Assembly: GCA_945883505.1 (NCBI GenBank)
Contig: CAMCXL010000002.1
Span: 42,254 to 106,253 of the forward strand
From: Rhodoluna limnophila
Lineage (GTDB): Bacteria > Actinomycetota > Actinomycetes > Actinomycetales > Microbacteriaceae
Direction: 5' to 3'
DNA: 64,000 nucleotides
The notes beneath the pieces are model-generated. The model saw nothing but the letters and a program-made list of their open reading frames with translations, was not told the DNA's origin and ran no database searches. Each line of letters begins with the position of its first letter. Positions within the stretch are counted from its first letter, which is position 1. Of this stretch, positions 8,870-20,687 are shown in pieces. A program made the translations under genes and the position numbers.

Positions 8870-9487
8870 ATGGCCACCAAAACACGCGAAAACACGCTCA
8901 TCGGCGGAACTAAATCTCTCGCCTGGATGCTGATCACCGGAGGAGTTGTTGGTTGGGTTGGGGCTATGGCCCTTACCATTGAGCGCCTGAACGTGGCCGC
9001 TAACCCCGACGCCGTCCTTAGTTGCGACGTGAGTCCGTTCATCTCATGCAAGTCCGTAATGCTTACTGAGCAGGCCTCGCTTCTGGGATTCCCTAACTCT
9101 CTGATTGGCCTTACTGCGTTTTTTGCACCGATCTTGGTTGGGTTTGCAATTCTTGCTGGGGCCAAATTTGCCAAGTGGTTCTGGTTGTTATTCACACTGG
9201 CAATGGGTGGCGGCTTCGCATTCGTGGTTTGGTTGTTTAGTCAGAGTCTTTTTGAAATTGGGGCCCTCTGCCCTTACTGCATGGTTGCCTGGACCGGAAT
9301 GATTCCAATGTTTTGGAAACAGTTCTTGTTTTCAACTCGCGAAGGAATAATCCCGGTTCCGCTGAAAACTGTTGGCTTTTTTGTTGCAGCCTACGACTGG
9401 CACTGGCTGTTTACCTTCGGAACCTTTGGGGCAATTATCGGAACAACAATCTGGCGCTTCTGGGACCTATGGCCCAGCCTTTTCTAA
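8870..9487 (+). CDS. vitamin K epoxide reductase (VKOR) family membrane protein
   Basis: 205 aa, multi-TM. Has the loop cysteine pair CDVSPFISC and the redox motif CPYC in a TM helix, as in bacterial VKOR homologues that substitute for DsbB. Confidence 0.8.
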   Translation: MATKTRENTLIGGTKSLAWMLITGGVVGWVGAMALTIERLNVAANPDAVLSCDVSPFISCKSVMLTEQASLLGFPNSLIGLTAFFAPILVGFAILAGAKFAKWFWLLFTLAMGGGFAFVVWLFSQSLFEIGALCPYCMVAWTGMIPMFWKQFLFSTREGIIPVPLKTVGFFVAAYDWHWLFTFGTFGAIIGTTIWRFWDLWPSLF

Positions 9488-9897
9488 CTAAACCAGATTC
9501 CAAGTTCTCTTTTTGCTGACTCGACAGAGTCAGAACCGTGGACTAAATTCTTCTGAACCTTTTCGCCAAAGTCACGACCCAGATCCCCGCGGATAGTTCC
9601 TGGCGCTGCCGTGGTGGGGTCAGTAGTTCCGGCAAGAGATCTAAAACCTTCGATGACGCGATCGCCCTCGACTCGGATAGCAACAATCGGGCCAGATGAC
9701 ATGAATTCAATAAGCGGTGCATAGAACGGCTTACCTTCGTGCTCGGCGTAGTGGGCAGCAAGTTGCTCGGGGGTTGGAGTGAGCAGCTTCAGGCCCGTGA
9801 CAACGTAACCTTTGTTCTCAATGCGAGAGATGATTTCTCCGGTCAATGACCTTGCAACACCATCTGGTTTTATAAGAACGAGAGTTTGCTCTTTCAT
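9484..9897 (-). CDS. ndk: nucleoside-diphosphate kinase
   Basis: 137 aa. TLVLIKPDGV, PGTIRGD and NLVHGSDS (active-site His) motifs. Confidence 0.96.
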   Translation of the reverse strand: MKEQTLVLIKPDGVARSLTGEIISRIENKGYVVTGLKLLTPTPEQLAAHYAEHEGKPFYAPLIEFMSSGPIVAIRVEGDRVIEGFRSLAGTTDPTTAAPGTIRGDLGRDFGEKVQKNLVHGSDSVESAKRELGIWFS

Positions 9898-10268
9898 TCG
9901 TTTCCACCTTCTGTTGAATCGAGCCTGTTCTTTGCCGCCCGAGCCTTATCAATTGTCCCACCGGCAATCATTCCCCAGGCCCACATTCCAAGAAACACCG
10001 CACCTAAAAGGTACATAAGCGGAACCCATAGGCCCAGCGATACAACAACTCCCTGCAGGATCCAGCCCATTAGGTAGCTTCCCGGCTTTCCAAGAAAGAC
10101 CGGGAAAATCATCAGGGTGACACTAAGCCCAAGTCCTACGCCCCAGATAACGGCCGGGTCAGGGTAAACCTGAAGACCAAAACCAACCAGGGTTGCAAAA
10201 AACACCACGACGGACTGGAAAACCATAACCAGCGAACCCAGGGTTGACTTGGTGGATCTATTCCGCAT
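9894..10268 (-). CDS. small integral membrane protein (DUF4233-like)
   Basis: 124 aa with 3-4 TM helices. Overlaps folC by 11 nt and ndk by 4 nt. A membrane protein occupies this same slot between folC and ndk in other actinobacteria. Confidence 0.6.
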   Translation of the reverse strand: MRNRSTKSTLGSLVMVFQSVVVFFATLVGFGLQVYPDPAVIWGVGLGLSVTLMIFPVFLGKPGSYLMGWILQGVVVSLGLWVPLMYLLGAVFLGMWAWGMIAGGTIDKARAAKNRLDSTEGGNE

Positions 10269-11622
10269 CCGATTCCTCCTGAATCATTTTGATTACGTCC
10301 CCTACTAAGGTAATCGAACCCGTGACAACAACCATGCCATCAATTTGTGATGCGATTTCCTTGGCTCGCTCAAGACCGGCATAAAAGTCAGAAAAACCCG
10401 TCGTGTGGCAGCTAAGCAAACCTTTCGCCATTGGCTCTAGTTCAGAAACTGGCATTGATCTTGGAGAGGAGGACTCTGTGATAACCGCGCTATGAAATAC
10501 TCTGGCTAGATTCGATAAAACTCCCTCGGCATCTTTCTCGGCCAAAACGGCAATCAAACCAACTAGAGGCTTTTTTGAAAACTCAGACTTTAGGGCATCT
10601 GCCAAGGTGAGAGCACCGGCTGGGTTGTGTGCTCCGTCTAGCAAAAGCGGTGGCTCGGTTTTCACAAGCTGCAGTCGTCCAGGAGAAGAAACGTCAGACA
10701 CTGCAGAACGCAGCACGTCATCCGCAAGGGCAATTTCTCCTCCCCCTAGAAATGCCTCAACCGCAGCAATCGCAACTGCGAGATTTTGAGCTTGGTGAAT
10801 ACCAAACACCGGAGCTTGGTAGGGGCCATATCTAGCGGCGAGTCCAGAAACCGTAATCGACTGGCCAGTTGAAGTAGCCACAAAACTATCCACGAAAAAA
10901 TCCCGGTCCTGCAGCTTGAACCCGTCAGCAGTTATTCCCGCGGCCTTCTCGAGAACGTTTAGAGCAGATTGCGTTTGCTTCGAGCTAACAACAATTGAAC
11001 CCGGCTTTATGATTCCGGACTTTGTCTGAGCAATTTCCTCAATGGTGTTGCCGAGCCTGTCCATGTGATCTAGTCCAATCGGAGTAAACACCGCAACATC
11101 GCCATCGGCTACATTGGTCGAATCCCAGGCCCCTCCCATCCCAACTTCCAAAACCAGAACGTCAACCGGTGCATCAGCAAAGACAGCAAAACCCAAAACC
11201 GCCAACGCCTCAAAGAACGTAAGGCGCCCTTCGCCCGAGTCCAAAAGCTCCTGATCAACAAACTCAAGGATTGGCTCGATGTCGGCGTAAACACTGACTA
11301 GCTGCTCATCGCTCACCGGTTCTCCGTCGAGCGCCATGCGCTCGTTCAGGCGAACCAGATGAGGAGAGGTAAAACGTCCGGTACGGAGCCCGTGCTCTCT
11401 AAGGATCCGTTCAATAAATCTGGTAGTCGAGGTCTTGCCGTTTGTTCCAGTGACGTGAATTATTCGATAGGAGCGCTGCGGATCGCCAAGTAATTCAACC
11501 GCTCTTCTGGTTGGTTCGAGCCGGGGGCGAATCTTGTTCTCAGGAATGCGAAGTAATAGTTTTTCTAGAACAGCGTTGGACTGTGAAACCCAGTAGTTAT
11601 CGTCTCTGGAACTTTCACTCAA
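10258..11622 (-). CDS. folC: bifunctional folylpolyglutamate synthase / dihydrofolate synthase
   Basis: 454 aa. Mur-ligase P-loop [24 protein letters not shown] and DGAHNP motifs. Confidence 0.92.
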   Translation of the reverse strand: MSESSRDDNYWVSQSNAVLEKLLLRIPENKIRPRLEPTRRAVELLGDPQRSYRIIHVTGTNGKTSTTRFIERILREHGLRTGRFTSPHLVRLNERMALDGEPVSDEQLVSVYADIEPILEFVDQELLDSGEGRLTFFEALAVLGFAVFADAPVDVLVLEVGMGGAWDSTNVADGDVAVFTPIGLDHMDRLGNTIEEIAQTKSGIIKPGSIVVSSKQTQSALNVLEKAAGITADGFKLQDRDFFVDSFVATSTGQSITVSGLAARYGPYQAPVFGIHQAQNLAVAIAAVEAFLGGGEIALADDVLRSAVSDVSSPGRLQLVKTEPPLLLDGAHNPAGALTLADALKSEFSKKPLVGLIAVLAEKDAEGVLSNLARVFHSAVITESSSPRSMPVSELEPMAKGLLSCHTTGFSDFYAGLERAKEIASQIDGMVVVTGSITLVGDVIKMIQEESDAE

Positions 11623-14600
11623 AGCTTTGTCACCGCAATCGAAACCTGCTGTGACTCACCAACTGGAACTGCATTTTCCAATTTCGAACTTTCAACAAGG
11701 CTTAGCTCAAGGGTTAGCGTCTCGTTCTTGACAAGTTCTTGGTGTGCTCGAATTGCCTCAAGAACCGCAGCCTCCGCAGAAAGTACCGTTGATATTCGGT
11801 CTGAGACGTTCAGGTCGGCGTCTTTACGAGCTTGCTGAACCGCTCTAACAACATCTCTAGCCAATCCTTCCGCTGCCAATTCATCGGTCACCACTCGGTT
11901 TAGAATTACAAATCCACCGCCAGGCAAGATTCCAATCAGCTTTTCATCGCTGGATTCATCTTTTGCCACCAAGCTGATTTCGTATTCACCTTCAAAAAGT
12001 TCGACGCCATTTACAAATACGCTCTCACCGCTGATCTCCCAGTTGCCGGCTTTGGCAGCCTGGATAATTTCTTGAACTTGCTTTCCAAGCCTTGGCCCAA
12101 GCGCTCGGGAGTTCACGCTCAGCTGCTTCTCAACACCGAAAGCTTTGGTTGATTCAACCGCTAACTCCACCAGGTCAACTTGCTTTACGTTTAACTCTTC
12201 AGCGATGATGCTTTCGAAGTTCTTGAGCTTATCGGCACCTTGAGTCACGACGGTCAGATTAGAAAGCGGTAACCTCACCCGAAGGCCATTGGTCTTCCGA
12301 AGCGAAAGCGCCACCGAGCTGACAGCTCTAACCTGGTCCATCGCGACAACCAGCTGCTCGTCATAAGAAAGCTTTGACGCATCTGGCCAATTCTCTAGGT
12401 GCACGGACTTACCCCCGGTCAGTCCACGCCAAATTTCCTCGGCGACCATCGGAAGCAGCGGTGCAACCACACGGGTCACCATTTCCAGAACTGTGTAAAG
12501 AGTGTCGAACGCTTGCTCGTTTCCTTCCCAGAAACGATCTCTAGACCTTCGGACGTACCAGTTGGTGAGTACATCGCTAAAGTCACGAAGTCTGGCCGAG
12601 GCTGCGTAGGAGTCGTACTGATTGAGGTCTTGCTCAACTAGCACAATCAAGTCGCGGGTTTTCGCAATCAGATAACGATCCAACACATCGCTGCTGGAAA
12701 CTGAGTACTTGGCCTGGTAGTTAGAAGCATTTGCATAGAGCGAGAAGAAGTACCAGGTGTTCCAAAGTGGAAGTAGAACCTGACGAACACCCTCACGAAT
12801 TCCCTGCTCGGTGACAATCAAGTTTCCGCCTCTAAGAATCGGACTCGACATCAAAAACCATCGCATGGCGTCGGAGCCATCGCGATCAAATACCTCGTAG
12901 ACGTCCGGATAATTCCTTAGTGACTTAGACATCTTCTGTCCGTCGTTTCCAAGCACGATTCCGTGAGAGATGGCGCTTTTGAAAGCGGGGCGATCAAATA
13001 GCGCAGTTGCTAGAACATGAAGTGTGTAAAACCATCCCCTGGTTTGACCGACATACTCGACGATAAAATCGCCCGGGTTATGAGTTTCGAACCATTCGCG
13101 GTTTTCGAATGGGTAGTGGACCTGAGCAAACGGCATCGAGCCAGATTCGAACCAGCAGTCCAAAACTTCTGGAACACGTCGCATGGTTGATTTACCAGTT
13201 GGGTCATCTGGATTTGGTCTAGTGAGCTCATCAATGAAAGGGCGATGGAAATCTTCCGGGGCTTTACCGAAGTCTTTCTCGAGCTCCTCCAACGACCCGT
13301 AGACATCGATGCGCGGGTAGTTCGGGTCATCAGATTTCCAGACCGGAATCGGAGCACCCCAGAATCGGTTCCGGCTGATGGCCCAATCGCGCACGTTCTC
13401 TAACCACTTACCGAATGAGCCATCCTTGGTGTGTGATGGGGTCCACTCAATTTCCTGGTTTAGCTCGAGCATGCGGTCTCGAACCTTAGTGGTTTCAACA
13501 AACCAAGACGAGACAGCCTTGTAAATCAGTGGGTTCTTGCAGCGGTAGCAGTGTGGGTAAGGGTGCTCGTAGCTGGCCTGACGAAGAAGCCTTCCCTCGG
13601 CTTTTAGCTTCTGGGTGATTGGCTTATTGGCGTCAAAGACGTGCTGACCTTCGAAGTCATAAACCACAGAGTTAAACTGACCGCGCTCATTAATTGAAAC
13701 GTAAACCGGTATTCCCGCTTCGTCACAAAGTTTCTGGTCATCCTCACCGTAGGCCGGAGCCTGGTGAACAATGCCGGTTCCCTCGTTGTCGGCGACGTAA
13801 TCGCCAACTAGAACCTGCCAGGCATTTTTGGTGTCAAACTTTGATTCATCTTTGTAATAGTCAAATATTCTTTCGTACCTTGTGCCGCCTAAATCTTTTC
13901 CTACGACAGTCTTCACTGTGGCGGCAATAGCGGACTCGGCATCTTCATAACCCAGGTCCTTGGCGTAGGCGCCCAATAGAGAAGCTGCGATGAGGTACCT
14001 ATTCTTTGAGTCGCCGCCATCGGCAGCTCCATTTGGACCGGCCGAAACTACGGCGTAGGAGATTTCAGGGCCTACCGCCAAAGCAAAATTGGTCGGGAGA
14101 GTCCAAGGAGTAGTTGTCCAGGCCAGCATTCGAACTCCGTCTAGATCTCCTCCGACAATAGGGAAGGTGACAGTGACCGACTGATCCTGACGGGTCTTAT
14201 AAACCTCGTCGTCCATTCGAAGTTCGTGGTTAGAAAGTGGTGTCTCGCAGCGCCAGCAGTAAGCCAAGACCTTGAAGCCTTCGTATATCAAACCTTTTTT
14301 GTAGAGCTCCTTGAACGCCCAGATGACACTCTCGGTGTAGTCGGTATCAAGGGTCTTGTAGTCATTATCAAAATCAACCCAACGCGCCTGCCTTGTGACA
14401 TAGCTTCTCCAGTCCTCGGTGTATTTCAGAACAGATGTCTTGCAATAGGCGTTGAACTTATCGACCCCGTACTTCTCAATCTCAGGTCTTCCTGAGATGC
14501 CAAGCTGTCGCTCGGCCTCAACTTCTGCTGGCAAGCCGTGGGTGTCCCAACCAAAGCGTCGCTCGACGCGGTATCCCTGCATGGTCTTGAAGCGGGGAAC

Positions 14601-14831
14601 TAGGTCCTTGGTGTATCCGGTAAGAAGGTGTCCATAATGTGGCAGGCCGTTAGCAAAGGGCGGGCCGTCATAAAAGACAAACTCCTCGGCGCCTTCAGCC
14701 TTGCGCTGGTCGATGGATTCTTGAAAAGTGCCCGATTTATCCCAGTATTCGAGGATCTGCTTCTCGATTTCCGGAAAAGACGGGCTCGGGTTTACGCCGA
14801 AAGCCTGACCGGCCGAGTTAAGGGGATACAT
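11619..14831 (-). CDS. ileS: isoleucine--tRNA ligase (type 2, long form)
   Basis: 1070 aa. [20 protein letters not shown] (HIGH region), KMSKSLRN, and a CP1 editing insertion. Its stop overlaps the folC start by 4 nt. Confidence 0.95.
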   Translation of the reverse strand: MYPLNSAGQAFGVNPSPSFPEIEKQILEYWDKSGTFQESIDQRKAEGAEEFVFYDGPPFANGLPHYGHLLTGYTKDLVPRFKTMQGYRVERRFGWDTHGLPAEVEAERQLGISGRPEIEKYGVDKFNAYCKTSVLKYTEDWRSYVTRQARWVDFDNDYKTLDTDYTESVIWAFKELYKKGLIYEGFKVLAYCWRCETPLSNHELRMDDEVYKTRQDQSVTVTFPIVGGDLDGVRMLAWTTTPWTLPTNFALAVGPEISYAVVSAGPNGAADGGDSKNRYLIAASLLGAYAKDLGYEDAESAIAATVKTVVGKDLGGTRYERIFDYYKDESKFDTKNAWQVLVGDYVADNEGTGIVHQAPAYGEDDQKLCDEAGIPVYVSINERGQFNSVVYDFEGQHVFDANKPITQKLKAEGRLLRQASYEHPYPHCYRCKNPLIYKAVSSWFVETTKVRDRMLELNQEIEWTPSHTKDGSFGKWLENVRDWAISRNRFWGAPIPVWKSDDPNYPRIDVYGSLEELEKDFGKAPEDFHRPFIDELTRPNPDDPTGKSTMRRVPEVLDCWFESGSMPFAQVHYPFENREWFETHNPGDFIVEYVGQTRGWFYTLHVLATALFDRPAFKSAISHGIVLGNDGQKMSKSLRNYPDVYEVFDRDGSDAMRWFLMSSPILRGGNLIVTEQGIREGVRQVLLPLWNTWYFFSLYANASNYQAKYSVSSSDVLDRYLIAKTRDLIVLVEQDLNQYDSYAASARLRDFSDVLTNWYVRRSRDRFWEGNEQAFDTLYTVLEMVTRVVAPLLPMVAEEIWRGLTGGKSVHLENWPDASKLSYDEQLVVAMDQVRAVSSVALSLRKTNGLRVRLPLSNLTVVTQGADKLKNFESIIAEELNVKQVDLVELAVESTKAFGVEKQLSVNSRALGPRLGKQVQEIIQAAKAGNWEISGESVFVNGVELFEGEYEISLVAKDESSDEKLIGILPGGGFVILNRVVTDELAAEGLARDVVRAVQQARKDADLNVSDRISTVLSAEAAVLEAIRAHQELVKNETLTLELSLVESSKLENAVPVGESQQVSIAVTKL

Positions 14832-14912
14832 TTTGGGCTTTCTGGCTGATGTGTTCGGTAATCTCTGACAATGTTAACCTGTAACGACCCCCATTTATGG
14901 AGACTTTGACCT

Positions 14913-17513
14913 TTGAATAATCAGCAAACACCTGGAAATAGCTTTGCCCGCGCCGCCACCACCCCGGACAAGGTTGGCGTAGAAGGCCTAGAAGCTAAAT
15001 GGGGAGCTAGTTGGGATGCCGAGGGTAGCTACAGCTTTGACCTATCGGCCGAAAAATCCAACATCTATTCAATCGACACTCCCCCTCCAACAGTTTCTGG
15101 ATCGCTGCACGTAGGTCACGTATTTAGCTATACCCACACCGATCTGATTGCTAGATACCAGCGCATGCTCGGCAAAGAGGTTTACTACCCAATGGGTTGG
15201 GATGACAACGGTCTGCCAACCGAGCGTCGAGTTCAAAACTTTTACGGAGTTCGTTGCGACCCAACCCTTGCCTACCAAGATGGCTTCACACCACCTTTTG
15301 AAGGTGGCGATGGCAAATCCTCAAAAGCTGCCGACCAGATTCCAATTTCGAGGCGGAACTTCATCGAGCTTTGCGAAAAACTAACCCTAGAAGACGAGAA
15401 GCAATTTGAAGCCCTTTGGCGTCAGCTCGGACTCTCAATCGACTGGGCCCAGACCTACCAAACCATTTCACCGGATGCGCAGGCTGTTTCACAAAAAGCT
15501 TTCCTAAATAACCTCGCAAGAGGCGAGGCTTACCAGGCAATGGCCCCAACGCTATGGGACGTGACCTTTAGAACTGCAGTAGCCCAAGCAGAGCTTGAAG
15601 ATCGCGATCAGCCGGGTGCCTACCACCGCATCGGTTTTGATGGACCGGACGGAAAAATCTTTATTGAAACCACCAGGCCAGAACTAATTCCGGCATGCGT
15701 TGCTTTAGTTGCGCACCCGGATGATGAGCGCTACCAGCCGATGTTTGGCAAGACCGTAAAGACTCCTCTGTTTGGTGTTGAGGTTCCGGTCTTGGCCCAC
15801 CACCTTGCACAAAAAGACAAAGGTTCTGGAATTGCCATGATCTGTACCTTCGGTGACGTTACCGACGTTATCTGGTGGCGCGAACTTGATCTGCCAAACC
15901 GAGCAATTCTTGGCTGGGACGGTCGAATCGTAAACGAAGCACCTGAAGTAATTAGCGATGCCAAGGGCAAAGAGATCTTTGCTCAGTTGGCTGGAAAGAC
16001 TGTCTTTTCTGCCAAGCAGACAATAGTCGAGCTACTTACAGAATCGAAAGACATGGTTGGCGAACCTAAGCCAATTACCCACCCGGTTAAGTTTTTTGAA
16101 AAAGGCGATAAGCCACTCGAGATTGTTTCTACTCGTCAGTGGTACATCAGAAACGGCGGTCGAGATCAGGCCTTGCGCGACAAGCTCATAAATCTCGGTA
16201 AGACGCTCAAGTTTCACCCTGACTTTATGAGGGTGCGATACGAGAACTGGGTAAATGGTCTTACTGGTGACTGGCTGATTTCAAGACAGCGCTTTTTTGG
16301 AGTTCCGATTCCGGTTTGGTACCAGTTAGACGCCGAAGGTAACCCAGACTTTGAAAAAGTAATCACCCCTGAGCTTTCATTACTACCAGTGGACCCATCG
16401 AGTCAGGTACCAGCAGGCTTTAGCGAGGACCAGCGCGGAAAGCCCAATGGCTTTATCGGAGAAGTCGACATTATGGACACCTGGGCAACATCTTCTTTGA
16501 CCCCGCAACTTGCCGGTGGTTGGATATCTGACCCAAGTAAGTACGAGAAGGTTTTCCCATTTGACCTTCGCCCGCAGGGACAGGACATCATTCGCACCTG
16601 GCTGTTTTCAACAGTGCTGCGCTCTTTCCAAGAAGAAGGTGTCTTACCTTGGTCAGATACCGCGCTATCGGGATGGATTCTTGATCCAGACCGCAAGAAG
16701 ATGTCTAAGTCAAAGGGCAACGTAGTTGTGCCTAACGACCTACTTGATGAGCACGGCTCGGACGCAGTTCGATACTGGGCAGCCTCGGCGAGACTAGGTA
16801 CCGACGCAGCATTTGACGTGGGACAGATGAAGGTTGGTCGTCGACTAGCGATCAAGGTTCTAAATGCAGCAAAGTTTGTGCTGTCGTTTGAAACTAACTC
16901 TCAAACCGCAGCTGTCACTGAGCCAATTGACCGTGCAATGCTTGGTGCACTTTCAGAAGTGGTGACCCAAGCTGGAAAAGCTTTTGAAGGATACGATCAC
17001 ACCAAGGCACTAGAGCTCACCGAGACATTCTTCTGGAACTTCACCGATGATTACCTAGAGCTAGTTAAAGAACGTGCCTACGGACAAGCAACTACCCCGG
17101 AAGCTCAAGCTTCGGCGGTATTTGCGCTTCGTATTGCGCTGCACACCCTGCTTCGACTGCTTGCCCCCTTCATTCCTTTTGCAACCGAAGAAGCCTGGAG
17201 CTGGTGGCAGCAAGGCAGTGTGCACCGTAGTACATGGCCAACCGCTAGCGAGCTTTCAGAATATTCAAGCGGGTCAGACCCTCGACTTATGGTCAGTGCT
17301 TCAGAGGCCCTGATGGGAATTAGAAAGTCAAAATCCGACCAACAGCTTTCAATGAAGGCAGAAATTGAGTCGATTCGCATAGCCTCCGCAAACTCTGAGG
17401 GGCTTTCGACAATAGCCGATGACCTTAGGTCGGTTGGAAAGATAGATCAGCTTGAGATTGTTTCCGGCGACACAACTGAGGTTCAGCAGGTGGTTTTCAA
17501 GCCTGTGAGCTAG
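14913..17513 (+). CDS. valS: valine--tRNA ligase
   Basis: 866 aa. PPPTVSGSLHVGHVFSYTHTDLIARYQRM (HIGH region) and KMSKSKGN. TTG start with GGAG about 10 nt upstream, and a stop codon immediately before it in frame. Confidence 0.95.
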   Translation: MNNQQTPGNSFARAATTPDKVGVEGLEAKWGASWDAEGSYSFDLSAEKSNIYSIDTPPPTVSGSLHVGHVFSYTHTDLIARYQRMLGKEVYYPMGWDDNGLPTERRVQNFYGVRCDPTLAYQDGFTPPFEGGDGKSSKAADQIPISRRNFIELCEKLTLEDEKQFEALWRQLGLSIDWAQTYQTISPDAQAVSQKAFLNNLARGEAYQAMAPTLWDVTFRTAVAQAELEDRDQPGAYHRIGFDGPDGKIFIETTRPELIPACVALVAHPDDERYQPMFGKTVKTPLFGVEVPVLAHHLAQKDKGSGIAMICTFGDVTDVIWWRELDLPNRAILGWDGRIVNEAPEVISDAKGKEIFAQLAGKTVFSAKQTIVELLTESKDMVGEPKPITHPVKFFEKGDKPLEIVSTRQWYIRNGGRDQALRDKLINLGKTLKFHPDFMRVRYENWVNGLTGDWLISRQRFFGVPIPVWYQLDAEGNPDFEKVITPELSLLPVDPSSQVPAGFSEDQRGKPNGFIGEVDIMDTWATSSLTPQLAGGWISDPSKYEKVFPFDLRPQGQDIIRTWLFSTVLRSFQEEGVLPWSDTALSGWILDPDRKKMSKSKGNVVVPNDLLDEHGSDAVRYWAASARLGTDAAFDVGQMKVGRRLAIKVLNAAKFVLSFETNSQTAAVTEPIDRAMLGALSEVVTQAGKAFEGYDHTKALELTETFFWNFTDDYLELVKERAYGQATTPEAQASAVFALRIALHTLLRLLAPFIPFATEEAWSWWQQGSVHRSTWPTASELSEYSSGSDPRLMVSASEALMGIRKSKSDQQLSMKAEIESIRIASANSEGLSTIADDLRSVGKIDQLEIVSGDTTEVQQVVFKPVS

Positions 17514-18697
17514 GCCTTTGGCTTTAGGGGCACTTTCTGCCAAGCCAAAACCAGTAATCCTGCAACCAGGGCCCAGAAGGCTCCCCCGATTCCAAAAACG
17601 CTGATGCCTGCTGCACCAACAATAAATGTGATTGCGGCTGGAAGTCTGGCTTCTTTATCCTCTAAAGAAACTCCGATTGCTGAGATAAAACTTGGCAATA
17701 GCGCTATTCCAACCACCGCAAGCAAAAGATCAGATGGAACGGCTAGAACAAAAGCTGCAAACACTCCAGCGCCTATTGCAAACAGCCAGTAGACCAATCC
17801 CCCGACAAAAGAAGCTAGCCAGCGATGGCTCGGATCTTTCGCAGCTTGCTCGTTGGCATTTATTGCAGCTGTGATTGCAGCAAGGTTCATTCCAAATCCA
17901 CCAAAAAATGATGCACCAACAGTTGCCAATCCCGTGGATCCGATCACCGCTCGAACTGGGACTGTGTAACCAAAACCCTTCATGATTGCGATACCTGGAA
18001 GATTCTGACTAGCCATGGTTATCAAATAAAGAGGAATGCCGATTGAAATCATCGGTATCAATTCAAAAGCTGGAATCACCAAATCAAATTTTGGAAACAG
18101 GCTGACGGTCGCGAACCAACTCGTTCCGACATCAGCACTCATCAGCAAAAAGGCTAGAACTATTGCAATTGGCGATGCCCAGACCGGAGCAATCCGGTTG
18201 AGGAAAAACCACAGCACAACAAACGGCAAGACAATTAGCGGATAGCTCACCGAAGCCTGAACTGTTGTGATGACAAACACAAACAAAATTCCTGCAAGCA
18301 TCGCACTTGCAATAGTTGGAGGAATTTTCTGAACCAGGTTTGAAAGCGGTGGCCAAAAGCCGGTGATGGTGAGCAAAATTCCAGACAGTAGGAACCCGCC
18401 AACTGCCTGCTCAAATTCCAAACCAAGGCCCGCCGAAGCGGCCAAGAACGCAGCTCCCGGTGTTGACCAAACAATTGAGATCGGCATTTTGTATCGGTAG
18501 CTCAGCACGGTTGACAAAAGGCCATAGCCAATCAGTAGAACAAAAATTGCTGTGAAGGTCTGATCCCTTGTTGCACCCATGGCCAATAGCCCTGCGATCG
18601 CGATTCCAAAAGTGGCAGCCGATCCGGAAATCGAGGCCACGAATCCTGCGATGATTGGGGCTTTTAGTTCCTGGGGTGGCTTAGACGCCTGGGACAT
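17510..18697 (-). CDS. benE: benzoate/H+ symporter BenE-family transporter
   Basis: 395 aa, about 12 TM. The N-terminal pattern IIAGFVASISGSAATFGIAIAG...YRYKMPISIVWSTPGAAFLA is typical of BenE. Confidence 0.7.
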   Translation of the reverse strand: MSQASKPPQELKAPIIAGFVASISGSAATFGIAIAGLLAMGATRDQTFTAIFVLLIGYGLLSTVLSYRYKMPISIVWSTPGAAFLAASAGLGLEFEQAVGGFLLSGILLTITGFWPPLSNLVQKIPPTIASAMLAGILFVFVITTVQASVSYPLIVLPFVVLWFFLNRIAPVWASPIAIVLAFLLMSADVGTSWFATVSLFPKFDLVIPAFELIPMISIGIPLYLITMASQNLPGIAIMKGFGYTVPVRAVIGSTGLATVGASFFGGFGMNLAAITAAINANEQAAKDPSHRWLASFVGGLVYWLFAIGAGVFAAFVLAVPSDLLLAVVGIALLPSFISAIGVSLEDKEARLPAAITFIVGAAGISVFGIGGAFWALVAGLLVLAWQKVPLKPKA

Positions 18698-18700
18698 TTA

Positions 18701-20005
18701 TTAAGCAGACTTTTCTTGCTGCTTCTTGAAGGCAGTGATCTCGGCTTCTTTTTTACCCAAAACCACATCCTTGGTAATCTTCACAACTCCTTGAGTCTCC
18801 ATCGTTGGAATCTCAAACATTATTGGCCCAAGAATGTTCTCCAGAATTGCCCTTAGTCCTCGGGCTCCTGTTTCTCGTTCAATTGCAAGATCTGCCATCA
18901 ACTCGAGTGCCTTGGCGTCAAACTCAAGGTCGAAACCATCCAACTCAAACATCCTCTGATACTGCTTGGTCAGGGCATTCTTTGGAACGGTCAAAATGTC
19001 AATTAGCGCTGAACGATCGAGTGGTTCAACGGTTGCGATAACTGGAAGACGGCCGATGAATTCTGGAATCAGGCCGAACTTGCGAAGATCTTCTGACTGC
19101 ACGTCGTTGAAGATGTCTGGATCGATCCCGTGAGCCTTGATCTCATTGCCAAAGCCAATTCCGCGCTTACCGGAGCGGTTCGAGATGATTTCCTCAAGTC
19201 CTGCAAAAGCACCCGCAACGATGAACAGTACGTTGGTGGTGTCAATCTGGATGAATTCTTGCTGAGGGTGCTTCCTGCCACCCTGCGGCGGAACCGAGGC
19301 GATAGTTCCCTCCAGTATTTTCAGCAAGGCCTGCTGAACACCTTCACCCGAGACGTCTCTGGTGATTGAGGGGTTCTCAGCTTTTCTTGAAATCTTGTCA
19401 ATCTCGTCGATGTAGATAATTCCCCGCTCGGCGCGTTTTACGTCAAAATCAGCAGCCTGCAAAAGCTTCAACAAGATGTTCTCAACGTCTTCACCGACAT
19501 ATCCGGCTTCGGTCAAAGCGGTGGCATCAGCAACTGCAAAAGGCACGTTCAGGCGCTTGGCTAGAGTCTGAGCTAGATAAGTCTTTCCGCAACCAGTTGG
19601 ACCAATCATCAAAATATTAGATTTGGAAATTTCAATTGCGTCGTGCTCTTTACCGGCTGCGGTTAGAGTCCCAACCGAACGGATTCTCTTGTAGTGGTTA
19701 TAAACCGCAACTGATAAAACCTTCTTGGCTTTATCTTGTCCAATGACATACTCGTCTAGGTAGCCGTAGATTTCTTTTGGCTTGGGAAGTTCGATGTCGT
19801 CGAATTCTTTGGTGGCAGCTGCCCCAAGTTCTTCCTCGATAATTTCGTTGCAAAGCTCAATGCACTCATCGCAAATGTATACGCCAGGTCCCGCAATTAG
19901 CTTGCGTACCTGCTTCTGGCTCTTTCCACAGAAAGAACACTTGAGTAGGTCGCCGGACTCACTGAGTTTTGTCATAGATAAAACCCTATTACCCAGTCCC
20001 GACAA
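18701..20005 (-). CDS. clpX: ATP-dependent Clp protease ATP-binding subunit ClpX
   Basis: 434 aa. Zinc finger CSFCGKSQ...CDEC, Walker A GPTGCGKT, Walker [10 protein letters not shown] and IGF-type loop GIGFG. Confidence 0.97.
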   Translation of the reverse strand: MSGLGNRVLSMTKLSESGDLLKCSFCGKSQKQVRKLIAGPGVYICDECIELCNEIIEEELGAAATKEFDDIELPKPKEIYGYLDEYVIGQDKAKKVLSVAVYNHYKRIRSVGTLTAAGKEHDAIEISKSNILMIGPTGCGKTYLAQTLAKRLNVPFAVADATALTEAGYVGEDVENILLKLLQAADFDVKRAERGIIYIDEIDKISRKAENPSITRDVSGEGVQQALLKILEGTIASVPPQGGRKHPQQEFIQIDTTNVLFIVAGAFAGLEEIISNRSGKRGIGFGNEIKAHGIDPDIFNDVQSEDLRKFGLIPEFIGRLPVIATVEPLDRSALIDILTVPKNALTKQYQRMFELDGFDLEFDAKALELMADLAIERETGARGLRAILENILGPIMFEIPTMETQGVVKITKDVVLGKKEAEITAFKKQQEKSA

Positions 20006-20030
20006 TCGAGGGTAGGTTCACCCCAGGTCT

Positions 20031-20675
20031 TTACTTGGCTGGTAGCGGATTCTTGCGGGATGTAAGCACCTGGTCGATAAGCCCGTATTCCAAGGCCTCG
20101 TCCGCGGTCAATATCTTGTCGCGGTCGATGTCCTTATTTACCTCTGGAATTGAGCGGTTCGAGTGCTTAGACAGAGTCATCTCTAACCACTCGCGAAGAC
20201 GCATAATCTCTTTGGCCTGAATCTCAATATCCGAAGCCTGGCCGCGACCTGAATCTCCGGTGGCTGGCTGGTGAATCAAGATTCTGGCATTTGGAAGTGC
20301 AAGACGCTTACCAGGAGAACCGGCTGCAAGAAGTACGGCTGCGGCAGAAGCTGCTTGACCCAAGCAAACGGTTTGAATGTGTGGACGGATGTACTGCATG
20401 GTGTCATAAATTGCGGTCATAGCCGTAAATGATCCACCCGGTGAGTTGATGTACATAGTGATGTCGCGGTCTGGGTCCTGGCTTTCTAGAACTAGGAGCT
20501 GAGCCATTACATCATCGGCGGATGCGTCATCAACTTGAACACCTAGAAAAACAATGCGGTCCTCGAACAACTTGTTGTAGGGATCCTGGCGCTTAAAGCC
20601 GTAGGAGGTTCTCTCCTCGAAGCTCGGGAGAATGTAGCGAGCTTCTGGGCTCAGCTTGGATAGATCGATAGACAC
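20031..20675 (-). CDS. clpP: ATP-dependent Clp protease proteolytic subunit (ClpP2 position)
   Basis: 214 aa. [22 protein letters not shown], the GQAASAAA catalytic Ser context and IHQP. Second of two tandem clpP genes upstream of clpX. Confidence 0.92.
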   Translation of the reverse strand: MSIDLSKLSPEARYILPSFEERTSYGFKRQDPYNKLFEDRIVFLGVQVDDASADDVMAQLLVLESQDPDRDITMYINSPGGSFTAMTAIYDTMQYIRPHIQTVCLGQAASAAAVLLAAGSPGKRLALPNARILIHQPATGDSGRGQASDIEIQAKEIMRLREWLEMTLSKHSNRSIPEVNKDIDRDKILTADEALEYGLIDQVLTSRKNPLPAK

Positions 20676-20687
20676 TTGGTTTTCTCC

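Noticed and set aside
14832-15000. T-box leader for ileS, including a weak resemblance of the minus-strand sequence GGGGTGGTGGCGGCGCGGG (inside the valS 5' end) to the T-box core
   Set aside because: The match to GGGTGGTACCGCG is partial. It lies inside valS codons (ARAATTP), and I could not find a specifier loop, an AG bulge or a terminator/antiterminator pair.
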